From positions 1 through 46,449 of the forward strand of contig JBKQRG010000380.1 of the NCBI GenBank assembly GCA_052144015.1: a stretch of 46,449 nucleotides of DNA, in the 5' to 3' direction. Shown piece after piece: positions 19,624 through 28,282 of this stretch. The notes below the pieces were generated by a model. That model was not told the DNA's origin. It did not search any database and worked only from the letters and a program-made list of their open reading frames with translations. Every line of letters starts with the position of its first letter. The first letter of the stretch is position 1. A program made the position numbers and the translations under genes. This stretch comes from Desulfomonilaceae bacterium (GTDB lineage Bacteria; Desulfobacterota; Desulfomonilia; Desulfomonilales; Desulfomonilaceae).

Positions 19624-20382
19624 CTACCATTCGGCGCATTCTTTTGCCCAGGCGCACTGGCTACAGTGCCAGTCTTCACGTGGGAACCATACGCCCTGCT
19701 TAATACCGTTCCATACCTGATAGAGCAGTTTGACGAATCGGTGTCGGTCATCTTCGGTGCGGCTCGTGTCGTACCTCACCATCTCTGGGGTCTTGGACTT
19801 CGTCAGCACGTCCAGCCGCAAGTTCAAAGCATCCTGCTCAAATCCCAATACGTCAGCTCCCAACGAGTAGGCCGTCAACTGAAGATTGCTTTTAACGCTT
19901 GCATCGGTCAATTTCTTGGAGGCGGTCTTCAGATCAACAATGGTGATGGTTCCGTCTGCTGACTCCTCGATCAGATCGATGTAGCCTTGGAAAGACGGTA
20001 GCCTGTCCAATGGGGCTTCAAAGAATTCTTCCACGCCGACTATGGAAACAGATGGATCGTAAGCCTCATGGAATACGGTCAGCAACTGATTGGCCTTCTG
20101 CATCAGGGAGTTCTCATTATCGCCGTTGAAGAACTTGACCCGTTCTTTGCTCATCCAGGTATCCCGATAAACGTCCAACAACTGATCGGGACGTAGCGCA
20201 TCACCTTCCAAACAGCTTTGGTAAAACGCTGCTGCCGCCTCGTGGATCGCTGATCCAAATGCCAGTGATGCTGTGGTAAATGCCGGAGGTATTTGCTCAA
20301 CGTATTGGAAACGATAGCGCAGCCCACAGGTCATGTAGGTGTTGATCTGGGAATAGCTCAGATGAGGCTCTTCTTGTGTCAT
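19624..20382 (-). CDS. Cas4-like / RecB-family PD-(D/E)xK exonuclease
   Basis: YSQINTYMTCGLRYRFQYV (N-terminal Cys plus a motif I-like segment), IDLIEES...IVDLKT (D...D/ExK core) and a C-terminal CSQCAWAKEC cysteine cluster, as in Cas4-type Fe-S nucleases. An AAAGGAGA RBS is present. Confidence 0.75.
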   Translation of the reverse strand: MTQEEPHLSYSQINTYMTCGLRYRFQYVEQIPPAFTTASLAFGSAIHEAAAAFYQSCLEGDALRPDQLLDVYRDTWMSKERVKFFNGDNENSLMQKANQLLTVFHEAYDPSVSIVGVEEFFEAPLDRLPSFQGYIDLIEESADGTITIVDLKTASKKLTDASVKSNLQLTAYSLGADVLGFEQDALNLRLDVLTKSKTPEMVRYDTSRTEDDRHRFVKLLYQVWNGIKQGVWFPREDWHCSQCAWAKECAEW

Positions 20383-20469
20383 GGCGCTGTTCTCCTTTCT
20401 AGGGGACAGAACGCACCTATCCTGTCCCCCTAATGCGCTTGTCTGTGTTTTCGATAGTTGTGTCTGGAA

Positions 20470-21144
20470 CTAAGCGGCGGCTTCTGTTTGCAGAGTGGTG
20501 ATAAGATGCGAAGCAGATTCACGGGTGAGGTCTTGGAAGGTGGAAGCGTTTAGCGGGCTCAGCATAGACCCAATGTCTTCATCGGTGTAATTCGCTCTTT
20601 TGGTGAGGGCATAAAGGGCTCGGCATTGAGCTTGGGTAGCTCGACCATTGCCGCCAGTTGACGGTTTTGATTTCTCCGCCGTAGCGCAATGTAGCGCTTC
20701 GGGTTTTGCTCCGTCCTTGCCAGCGCCATTGGCTTCATAGAACACTGATGCAGCCGGTTTGTTGGAACTTTGTTGGCTTTCTGACTCCGCCGGCGCAACG
20801 TGCGATACCTCTTCGGCACTGACAAATTCCAGCCCAAAACCGGCAAACCTGAGCGCCCGAGCGACGCTTCTGGTCTCGGCTAACTCAATAAGGCTCTCTG
20901 CCAGCCTTGCATCTCTTTGGCTGTTTGCGGTGCCGTAGCCGACGAACTGACCTTTGCTGGTAGCAGCACTACATTTGAAGATGGCATACTGACCGTCCCA
21001 GCTCACCATCTCAGTTTGCAGGTTGAGATTCTGGTTTTCTTCATGTGCTAAACGCAGTCTTCCACCAACGACCGGAAATACCCTGCTCTGACCGTTCACT
21101 TTTCTGGTAATGAGTTCGTCTTCTCGAAATCCGTTCGTACCCAT
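20470..21144 (-). CDS. putative Rad52/Sak-like single-strand annealing protein
   Basis: GYGTANSQRDARLAESLIELAETRSVARALRFAGFG resembles the Rad52-family core (G.G......A.E.A.T.A..RAL..FG). It sits immediately upstream of the nuclease, in a classic exo plus annealase pairing. An AAAGGAG RBS is present. Confidence 0.45.
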   Translation of the reverse strand: MGTNGFREDELITRKVNGQSRVFPVVGGRLRLAHEENQNLNLQTEMVSWDGQYAIFKCSAATSKGQFVGYGTANSQRDARLAESLIELAETRSVARALRFAGFGLEFVSAEEVSHVAPAESESQQSSNKPAASVFYEANGAGKDGAKPEALHCATAEKSKPSTGGNGRATQAQCRALYALTKRANYTDEDIGSMLSPLNASTFQDLTRESASHLITTLQTEAAA

Positions 21145-21253
21145 AGCGATGCTCCTTTCTCGGTTTATTCTACTTGTCTTTAGATTTAATGCGGGCGGGT
21201 GTGCGAGCGCAGTGCAGAATGAGGCTGATGATTGCGGGAGCTGGTTTACAGGG

Positions 21254-21463
21254 TTATTTCGGCAGATAGCGATTTCCTTGACTGGATGCCACTATCGCCT
21301 TTGTGGTGCCATCGGAAATTCTCACTAACGAATTGCAAATCATACTTAGTTCCGAAGGCGAAATGACAAATCCGTCTCGTCTCAGCCTGCGCTTTCTTAC
21401 TCGCCCTTCTTTGTCATACCACTCAGTCAGCTCTATTCGTTGATATTGCATCGGCTTCTCCAT
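21254..21463 (-). CDS. small basic hypothetical protein (element)
   Basis: About 69 aa starting MEKPMQYQRIELTEWYDKEGRVRKRRLRRDGF. It lies in the operon upstream of the SSAP. Confidence 0.35.
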   Translation of the reverse strand: MEKPMQYQRIELTEWYDKEGRVRKRRLRRDGFVISPSELSMICNSLVRISDGTTKAIVASSQGNRYLPK

Positions 21464-21479
21464 CCTTCGTACCGCAAAG

Positions 21480-21674
21480 CTAACGTGGCAAACTGTAAGG
21501 GTTGCGTTTGAAAATAAGAGCAAAAGCAAGCTTGCTCAGCAAACTCATTGCACTGAATCCCAAAATGGCGCAATCAAGGCCACTAACTTTGAGGTCGTGC
21601 TGCGTCTGCACTTTCTTTACCAGCTGTCCATCTCGGTAATACGGATGTTCCGAATTCCATCTGAATGTGGGCAT
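21480..21674 (-). CDS. small hypothetical protein, first gene of the leftward element operon
   Basis: An AAAGGAGG RBS lies 5 nt upstream of the ATG (MPTFRWNSEHPYYRDGQLVKK...). The tail is hydrophobic. Confidence 0.45.
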   Translation of the reverse strand: MPTFRWNSEHPYYRDGQLVKKVQTQHDLKVSGLDCAILGFSAMSLLSKLAFALIFKRNPYSLPR

Positions 21675-22196
21675 TATTCGCCTCCTTTCATGCTTGCGTG
21701 AGTGTTTCACAGGCGTCTTCTATTCTATCCCTCAAATGAAAACCCACTAACCCTTAAATATAGAAAAGAACGGAAGATGCGGAAGGGCGCACAGGCAAAA
21801 AACGATATAGTGATCTGATGAAATGACTTTCAGAAGACGGTGGTCATCGTTAGGGGGTGAACTCTTGTCCTCCTGCGAAGAATTTGAGGACGGTTCTTTC
21901 ATGCCGCGAATTTATTCGTTCGATCACCTTGAGCGCTTCATCTATGCGCCGACCTTTAATTTGTGCAAGATTGTTTCTGACCGCAAAAAATAACCTATTG
22001 CAAAAAAAATTAATGCACAATGGACGCTTGGAACCAACAAATTTCTTGACACAAGTCACTCATTAAAGTCACAATACCGCATCCCATTTCTGCACGAATT
22101 CTAGATGTCAACTTTGTTCATCTCTCGGAGAGCAGGCTGAACTGCATTGCGAGAGGGGATGGAGTTTCCAGTGTGCTCTTGGTTTAGGAGGGTATT

Positions 22197-23603
22197 ATGG
22201 TTTCCCGCCGCACGATTCTCGGCCGTGTCGGAGTGCTTCAGTTTGTCTTCGTCTTTGCGCTTGTAGGATTCGCTCACTCCCAGGGTCTTCAGACATCCCC
22301 ATACAGCGCTCCCTCAATGCTTGGGAGTGCAGAAGTTCCGAGGGAATCAAATTCACTGTACGTCTCTGACAGGATGCTTCAAGGGATTCTGCCGTTAATT
22401 CCCAATCTTCAGTTCGGCTATCTCTACGATTTCGGCAACAAGCGCGTCAGCCAAGGACGTTTCACAGCAGATTATTTGTTGCCTTTCAGCTTAAGTCGAG
22501 GTTCCACGGTATTCGGGGAAGCTCACACCGAATTTCAGAGCTTCTGGAATACAAATAGTGGATTCAGCGGTGGCTTTAATAACAGAGTTGATATATCGCT
22601 TGGCGGTGGATACCGTACATTCTTAAGGAGCAATACTCTCCTGGGAGTTAACGGCTTCTACGACACCTCTCGCCTGGGCGGCACCTGGTATTCCTCAGGA
22701 AGTGCAGGACTCGAAATGGCAGCCCTTCTACCGGGCAACGATGCTATCGATCTGAACTTCAATTGGTACGGGCAACTCTTTAACAGCAGCGTGCTTGTGA
22801 ATGCATTCCGGTACGGTCCCTCGAATTTCGATTTTCAGGCCGGTTATTCCCACGAGCTTTGGAACGGCGGACCTGATCTCCGTCTGAGTGCCACAGGGTA
22901 CAAGTTTGACATTGGGAATAGCGTGTACGGTTGGAATGCAGGGGCCGAACTGAAGTCGCGGGACGGCATGTTCGTTCTCAAGTACGCTGTCGGCCATGAC
23001 AAGGTGGACAAGACCTACCAGACTGTCGGCGGGTTCGTCAATGTGGGATTCCGCCCAGAGAACGTCTTGAACGGCGAGAGTCCCTTTGTCATGCCTGAGC
23101 CGATTTTCAAGAGTCCGCGCAGCTTGTGGTATATGCTGACTCAGAAGGTGAACAGGAATTGGCATCAGCCTGAAGCTATGGTCGTCGCACAGGCGTTCGC
23201 AAACGCGCCTCCTCCAACGCCAGGATTGTACGTGGTATATGGCCCGGCGGTCATCTCGGCTGCGGTTCCTTTTGCGACCAACCCACCGATCCCACCCCCG
23301 GCCATCTGGAGCTCTTACACATCTTTTACTATGACATGGTCGGGCGTTACCGCGTCCTCCGGTGTATTGAACAATATCAACTTTGGTCAGATTCCAACAT
23401 CGATGATTCCAGGCGGTTTTAACTTCAATTTTATACCCACTCCGTTGCCTACGTCGGGTTCGTTCTCCTCACCGTTGATCGGACCGCCAATTTACGATAC
23501 TGTTGGTCCGATTCCCCAGGGCGATTTGTTGTTCAATCGCGGTGGGGCCTTCCTCTCCATCACAATCGGACCAGGAGGATGGCTGGCCTTTCAGTTCATG
23601 TAG
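22197..23603 (+). CDS. secreted beta-rich protein (outer-membrane or surface cargo of the element)
   Basis: Signal peptide MVSRRTILGRVGVLQFVFVFALVGFAHSQG. The composition is Gly/Asn/Phe/Tyr/Ser-rich, typical of beta-barrels, with a Pro-rich segment and an aromatic C-terminus (LAFQFM). Confidence 0.55.
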   Translation: MVSRRTILGRVGVLQFVFVFALVGFAHSQGLQTSPYSAPSMLGSAEVPRESNSLYVSDRMLQGILPLIPNLQFGYLYDFGNKRVSQGRFTADYLLPFSLSRGSTVFGEAHTEFQSFWNTNSGFSGGFNNRVDISLGGGYRTFLRSNTLLGVNGFYDTSRLGGTWYSSGSAGLEMAALLPGNDAIDLNFNWYGQLFNSSVLVNAFRYGPSNFDFQAGYSHELWNGGPDLRLSATGYKFDIGNSVYGWNAGAELKSRDGMFVLKYAVGHDKVDKTYQTVGGFVNVGFRPENVLNGESPFVMPEPIFKSPRSLWYMLTQKVNRNWHQPEAMVVAQAFANAPPPTPGLYVVYGPAVISAAVPFATNPPIPPPAIWSSYTSFTMTWSGVTASSGVLNNINFGQIPTSMIPGGFNFNFIPTPLPTSGSFSSPLIGPPIYDTVGPIPQGDLLFNRGGAFLSITIGPGGWLAFQFM

Positions 23604-23772
23604 GGTGATCCGTTCCTGGAAGCAATACCAGATCCAGCCCACTCGACCCACCTATGGCAGTACTTTCCAAGCCGCTTCATCCTCCGATGGGGCGGCTGAA
23701 CGCCATTGGGCCTCGCGGAGTAACGGGGGCATTCCTCAGCACTGCGATTGATCCCGGACAGTCACGACCGTT

Positions 23773-23964
23773 TCAGGCTTTTTGCCGACTTCGAAAGCTC
23801 AAAAGCCGGAGAGCGTCGAACTTGTCGATGGTCTTCTGCGCTAGGGTCAGCCCATGTGGACTAAAGTGATATCCCAGAAAATCGAATCCTTTCTCGATAC
23901 GCCCCATACAGGTCTTGTCGGGGTGCTTCTGCAACTTTAGCTCGCTGAATGTCTCATTCAACAC
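23773..23964 (-). pseudogene. reverse-transcriptase remnant (group-II-intron/retroelement RT domain fragment)
   Basis: ...HPDKTCMGRIEKGFDFLGYHF... matches the KT...GF.FLGF motif of RT domain 7. Only about 60 aa are present, and no upstream RT motifs are found in any frame. Confidence 0.45.
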
Positions 23965-24338
23965 CCTTACAGCTTTCTTGAGTTTCCACCGTGTCGGAGG
24001 ATCGTACTGCCTGTGTCGGCACCATTCTCATTCGGTCTTTCTTTCGGTCTTGTCTAAATGTTCAATCGTTCCGACCGTGCGATTTGCAAAACAAATGCTA
24101 GCATCAATGCGGCATTTCGTATCCCATCCTTGCGTATGAAAATGTGCCGGGATTTTTGTGAATTCATTGTAAAAGCCTGCACAAGGATATCATTCCAGCC
24201 AAGACCGGAACTTTCCTTAGCTACTATCTCGCATTTGTAATTCAGGACCTGAGCATCTGACAGACAATTACCCAACCTGGTACTACGTTTGAGAGAGACG
24301 TCTACCGCCTCTCACCAAATCTATGGAGGTATTTTTTA

Positions 24339-24563
24339 ATGAAATTTTATGGAATCCATGCGGCCGCCGGCGAAACTGGCACCACCGAATCGACCTTGCG
24401 AAGATGGGAGTCTATGGGATTGTTTACTGCTGATCGTGTGTTTTTGGGCGACAACGAGATGAGAATTTACTCGGATCGGCTGGTTGATCTGCTCCGGCGA
24501 GTGAAGAATATCATCGACTCGGGTATGCGTGTGCGGGCTGCTTTTGATTTTCTTGATGAATGA
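24339..24563 (+). CDS. MerR-type HTH small protein (candidate excisionase/RDF or regulator)
   Basis: A GGAGG RBS is present. AAGETGTTESTLRRWESMGL is a MerR/Xis-like helix-turn-helix. 74 aa. Confidence 0.6.
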   Translation: MKFYGIHAAAGETGTTESTLRRWESMGLFTADRVFLGDNEMRIYSDRLVDLLRRVKNIIDSGMRVRAAFDFLDE

Positions 24564-24592
24564 GGATGACTGGAGCGACAATCAGCTCAATC

Positions 24593-26128
24593 TCACTCAA
24601 ACTTGACCTCAAAAGGGACATCCAAATCAGTTGCGGTGGTCATCACTTCCTTTGATATTGCCATTGCATCCCTCGTTTCTTCTTCCGGTGATTCAATCCA
24701 AATGGAATCGTGAATCATCATTACTATGCGGGACTGCATACCTTTTTCACGGAATGCCCGGTCGATAAGCACCATCGCACGCTTCACTATGTCAGCCTCA
24801 AATTGCTGCAATGGAGTGATGCGGATTTTTCGTTGCTCGTGGTCGGTGAGTCTATTGGCAAATCGGCGTACCCTTCCAAAAGGAGACGCATATGCCCGCT
24901 CATTTCTTTTCTGCTTTTTGATTTGACCGACTGTTGCATCAAAGAAATCCCCCGCTCCGGCATAGGTTTTGAAGAATCCATCAATGTGAAGTTGTGCTTG
25001 TTCAACGCCTATGCCCAATTCGGCCGCCAATGATTCAGCGCCTTGTCCAAAGCAGATCCCGAAATTGATGCTTTTTGCTTGCTGTCGGCTAACTCCTAGC
25101 TTCTCAGCGGTCTTTGAATGAATGTCCTCTCCGCGGCGAAAAGTTTCTTTGAGTTGCGTATCGCCGGACAAATGTGCGAGGAGGCGCAGCTGCATTTGAG
25201 AATAATCCGGCTTTAGCAGCACGCATCCCGGAGCTGCTTTTAACAACGGGCGATACTTTTCCTTGCTTATGGACTGGACGGGCACCACCTTACTGAAAAT
25301 TCTGCCTGTAGCGCCCCTTGTTTGTCGCCATACTGGGTGTATCCGATCTTGACCAGCGGCTCTTTCCAAGAAACTCAAGTCCTCCTGTTTGATGCGCCAC
25401 CATTCCAATATCTGCGCCACAAGAGGAATGAAGGAGAAATCCTCTAATTGGGCACCGGGATACAAGGATACGCCCCTTTTTTGGAGGAACTGATAAACTT
25501 CCGTCTTGGAAGATAGGTCTACAGGCTCACCTTGTGTTATCTCCTGTTCCCGATCCTTCAGCCGAGCGTCTAAATTTTTCAATTCTCGGGTACAGGCATC
25601 GCCGTCAACACCGACTCCGTCCAGATGCATCCTTGCCAAAATCGGAACTAATAGCAATTCAACCTCTTGATAGAGCCGCCACAGTGAATCATTCATCAAA
25701 GAGCGCAGCTTGGACGCCAAATCATAAGTGAACTTTCCATCTTGAGCCAATAAATGCCATAAGGCGTCCTTGTCCAGATCACTTATGATTGGCACTCCGT
25801 GTGGATAATCGACTCCAAGGTATTTTTGTACCAGGCGGCTAAGACGCGGTTCGTCATCAGGATCAAGCAAGTAAGCCATCAATTTGATGTCGTAAACCGG
25901 ATGAGCAGCAAAATTCCAATCCGGTATACCCGACCATTCTAAAATCCGTTTTAGACCGTGCACCGCTACTATATTATTATTTTTACTACTAAATACGTCT
26001 TCTTCCACATTCTTAATTTCGTCTCCAATCATAACGAGGTCTCCTAATCCTGTGGTCTGGCCGTATGAACGTATGAGTACACGGTCATTCAGGAGGATAG
26101 GAGGCGATATGGCTAGGATTGAGTTCAT
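24593..26128 (-). CDS. family-A DNA polymerase, Klentaq-like (no 5' nuclease domain, vestigial 3'-5' exo)
   Basis: By-eye alignment to my recollection of Taq Pol I: YDIKLMAYLLDPDD (Taq DPMLLAYLLDPSN), motif A PDYSQMQLRLLAHLSGD, motif B RQQAKSINFGICFG, and motif C MMIHDSIWIE. The catalytic Asp residues are retained. Unusual substitutions are noted in the findings. Confidence 0.85.
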   Translation of the reverse strand: MNSILAISPPILLNDRVLIRSYGQTTGLGDLVMIGDEIKNVEEDVFSSKNNNIVAVHGLKRILEWSGIPDWNFAAHPVYDIKLMAYLLDPDDEPRLSRLVQKYLGVDYPHGVPIISDLDKDALWHLLAQDGKFTYDLASKLRSLMNDSLWRLYQEVELLLVPILARMHLDGVGVDGDACTRELKNLDARLKDREQEITQGEPVDLSSKTEVYQFLQKRGVSLYPGAQLEDFSFIPLVAQILEWWRIKQEDLSFLERAAGQDRIHPVWRQTRGATGRIFSKVVPVQSISKEKYRPLLKAAPGCVLLKPDYSQMQLRLLAHLSGDTQLKETFRRGEDIHSKTAEKLGVSRQQAKSINFGICFGQGAESLAAELGIGVEQAQLHIDGFFKTYAGAGDFFDATVGQIKKQKRNERAYASPFGRVRRFANRLTDHEQRKIRITPLQQFEADIVKRAMVLIDRAFREKGMQSRIVMMIHDSIWIESPEEETRDAMAISKEVMTTATDLDVPFEVKFE

Positions 26129-26460
26129 TGATTGTTGAGATTAAGTAGTGTTAACAAACACGTATTTATATGTATTTGATATTGTGAGCAATCATTCTTT
26201 GATTGAATGCGTATCTGATTTCTTTCCAGTCTATCTTCATTTGGCTGGTTAGATTCTGAATAAACAATAATCAGAGTGAATGAATATACATATGAATATC
26301 TATCTAGTAATACAGGCTATACCAGCATAGAGTTCCTGCTATCAATAGCGAGAGGGAGCGGCGGGCGGGTACTATACTACTATTATTCCTAATTGGTAGC
26401 AAAATGAGATTTGTCCAATTACTGCTAGAATTTCTCAATTGGGAGTTGCATTGAAGATCA

Positions 26461-26799
26461 CTACTGGATTTTTGCAATCCAGACGTTTCCATTCGCGCTC
26501 AGCAATCCCATCCGAACTAGATGCCTTCGGTATCTCCCTATGGTGCTCTTGTTGACGTTGAGTGCATCGGCAACTTCAGTGTCAGTGAGTTCTACTTGAA
26601 AACGATTTCGCCGCGCTTCACCTTCTTGATTCATCAGGAGCCACAAATAGAGGCGTATGGCTGGGGAGCCAATTTTGTACGCTTTGATTACCACACCTAT
26701 GAGTTTATCAGCAGGTATTTGATTTAGAAATTCCTGTACCTGATTAGGATGATCAAATACCTGTATGGATTTACTGTCTGTTGATTTCATCATGCACAC
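26461..26799 (-). CDS. winged-helix/HTH DNA-binding protein (element regulator)
   Basis: LTDTEVADALNVNKSTIGRYRRHLVRMGLL is an HTH typical of MarR/wHTH regulators. It is flanked on both sides by AT-rich DNA. Confidence 0.5.
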   Translation of the reverse strand: MCMMKSTDSKSIQVFDHPNQVQEFLNQIPADKLIGVVIKAYKIGSPAIRLYLWLLMNQEGEARRNRFQVELTDTEVADALNVNKSTIGRYRRHLVRMGLLSANGNVWIAKIQ

Positions 26800-26972
26800 C
26801 TGTTAACGAATATCTGCTTGTAAACTCATTACGGTACTGATTGCATTGTACTAATAAATAATGGAAGAGAGAGGCACAGGCAGAGGAAAGACCATATATA
26901 CTATAATGTACAAGCATAGGCTAGTAGATTAATATAATTATGTTATTAGCTTTTGAGGGGGGCATCGTGTAC

Positions 26973-28100
26973 CTAGGTCTTTGGATTGAAAAATACCCTC
27001 CATTGTCCGTCCACAATCTTGAAGAACCCAAGCTTCTCAAGCTTCTTTCTCTGCCTCTTGACCGTTGTTTCATCTACCGCCCATAGGTCGGCAAGCTTTT
27101 TATCCGAGAGTTTGAACTCGTTTATCCGCTTTTTTCTTTCACGGGCACGCCCGGATTGATGACACCACATCCACAACCAAAGACGTGCGGCAGAGCCCAT
27201 ATCCCAAAGTCCATCTCCCAATGCCACGGATTGAGCCAAATACACATAGCCTGCTGGGGCAGGTTTATTGCGGTATTCTTCCAGTGGTGAGCGTCGAATC
27301 AAATCCACTGCCTCTTTTATGAACTGGAGCCTCTTGCCTTTGCCGCCCACCTTTGCGTCCCGCAGGTCGGGGTACCGGCTGATCAAATCATTTAATTCGG
27401 CGCAGGACACTTTGAAGCGCTTGACATAATCCTTTTCCTGCCGGGTGGATTTTAGTGGTTGCAAGGGCATACCGAACCATTTAGCGACTATTTTTTGAGC
27501 CTGAAGCATTGAACCGAACTGATGAAATGCCTTCAGTAAGCCGTATATATCAACCGAACTGCGTTTCTTGAGATCACACCACCATCTACGACAGCCCTGT
27601 GATCTGCAACTAAATCGGATCTCGGAACGATAAATGGTCATCTGAATGGCTTGGGCATACCATTCGGGGGGATCGCCTTGTGGGGGATAATGATAAAATT
27701 GCCGATCATCTTGTGAAATCGGAACTGCCCGATGACCGAGCCTGGGCGCTTGGCAGTCAAAGGTGAGCGACGGTTCATCCAAAACACCATAGCTCTCACG
27801 CAAAAAAGCACGAGTATCCGACCAGAAACGCCAGTTTTTTACGATATGAGGGCTGAATTTGTCCGCTTCATCCGGAGGGGGGAGTTCACCACCCCAAATG
27901 TCGGGCGGCAGTTGATCCTCGGCTGCGGCAATCCCAAAGGTAGAAGCGTAAGATTGCCATTCTTCCATCGTTTGATTGCGCCTGGCGTCAATTTCGTCAA
28001 TGTTTTCTTCAACGGGCAAATAAATGGAAAATTTTGCGCAGTAGTCTCGCCAAAGGCTTACCATCCAATGGTTGCGAGGATCATAAAGGTTCAGCGTCAT
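26973..28100 (-). CDS. putative replication-initiation (Rep-like) protein with a C-terminal wHTH
   Basis: The 375-aa protein has the C-terminus LSDKKLADLWAVDETTVKRQRKKLEKLGFF (HTH) and a Cys cluster (CRSQGCRRWWC). The gene sits between the integrase and the polymerase. The assignment rests on context and the HTH only. Confidence 0.35.
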   Translation of the reverse strand: MTLNLYDPRNHWMVSLWRDYCAKFSIYLPVEENIDEIDARRNQTMEEWQSYASTFGIAAAEDQLPPDIWGGELPPPDEADKFSPHIVKNWRFWSDTRAFLRESYGVLDEPSLTFDCQAPRLGHRAVPISQDDRQFYHYPPQGDPPEWYAQAIQMTIYRSEIRFSCRSQGCRRWWCDLKKRSSVDIYGLLKAFHQFGSMLQAQKIVAKWFGMPLQPLKSTRQEKDYVKRFKVSCAELNDLISRYPDLRDAKVGGKGKRLQFIKEAVDLIRRSPLEEYRNKPAPAGYVYLAQSVALGDGLWDMGSAARLWLWMWCHQSGRARERKKRINEFKLSDKKLADLWAVDETTVKRQRKKLEKLGFFKIVDGQWRVFFNPKT

Positions 28101-28282
28101 TGTCGTTCAGCAGAATTGCCTTGGTAGAATGCGTTAAGAACTCTTACACTCACTGGCTCAGATGAAGCATACCGCAGCGTAGCCAAAAATCCTACAGAAA
28201 GAGTTGATCCCTTGTAGCCAATGTCATTGACAGACACCACAGTCCGGTCGTAGGCTGTAGTTGAAAAAGAGGGGTCATACAA

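Noticed and set aside
23400-24340. Diversity-generating retroelement (RT fragment next to a secreted target protein)
   Set aside because: No template-repeat copy of the 3' end of the target gene was found. The RT is a 60-aa remnant on the opposite strand.
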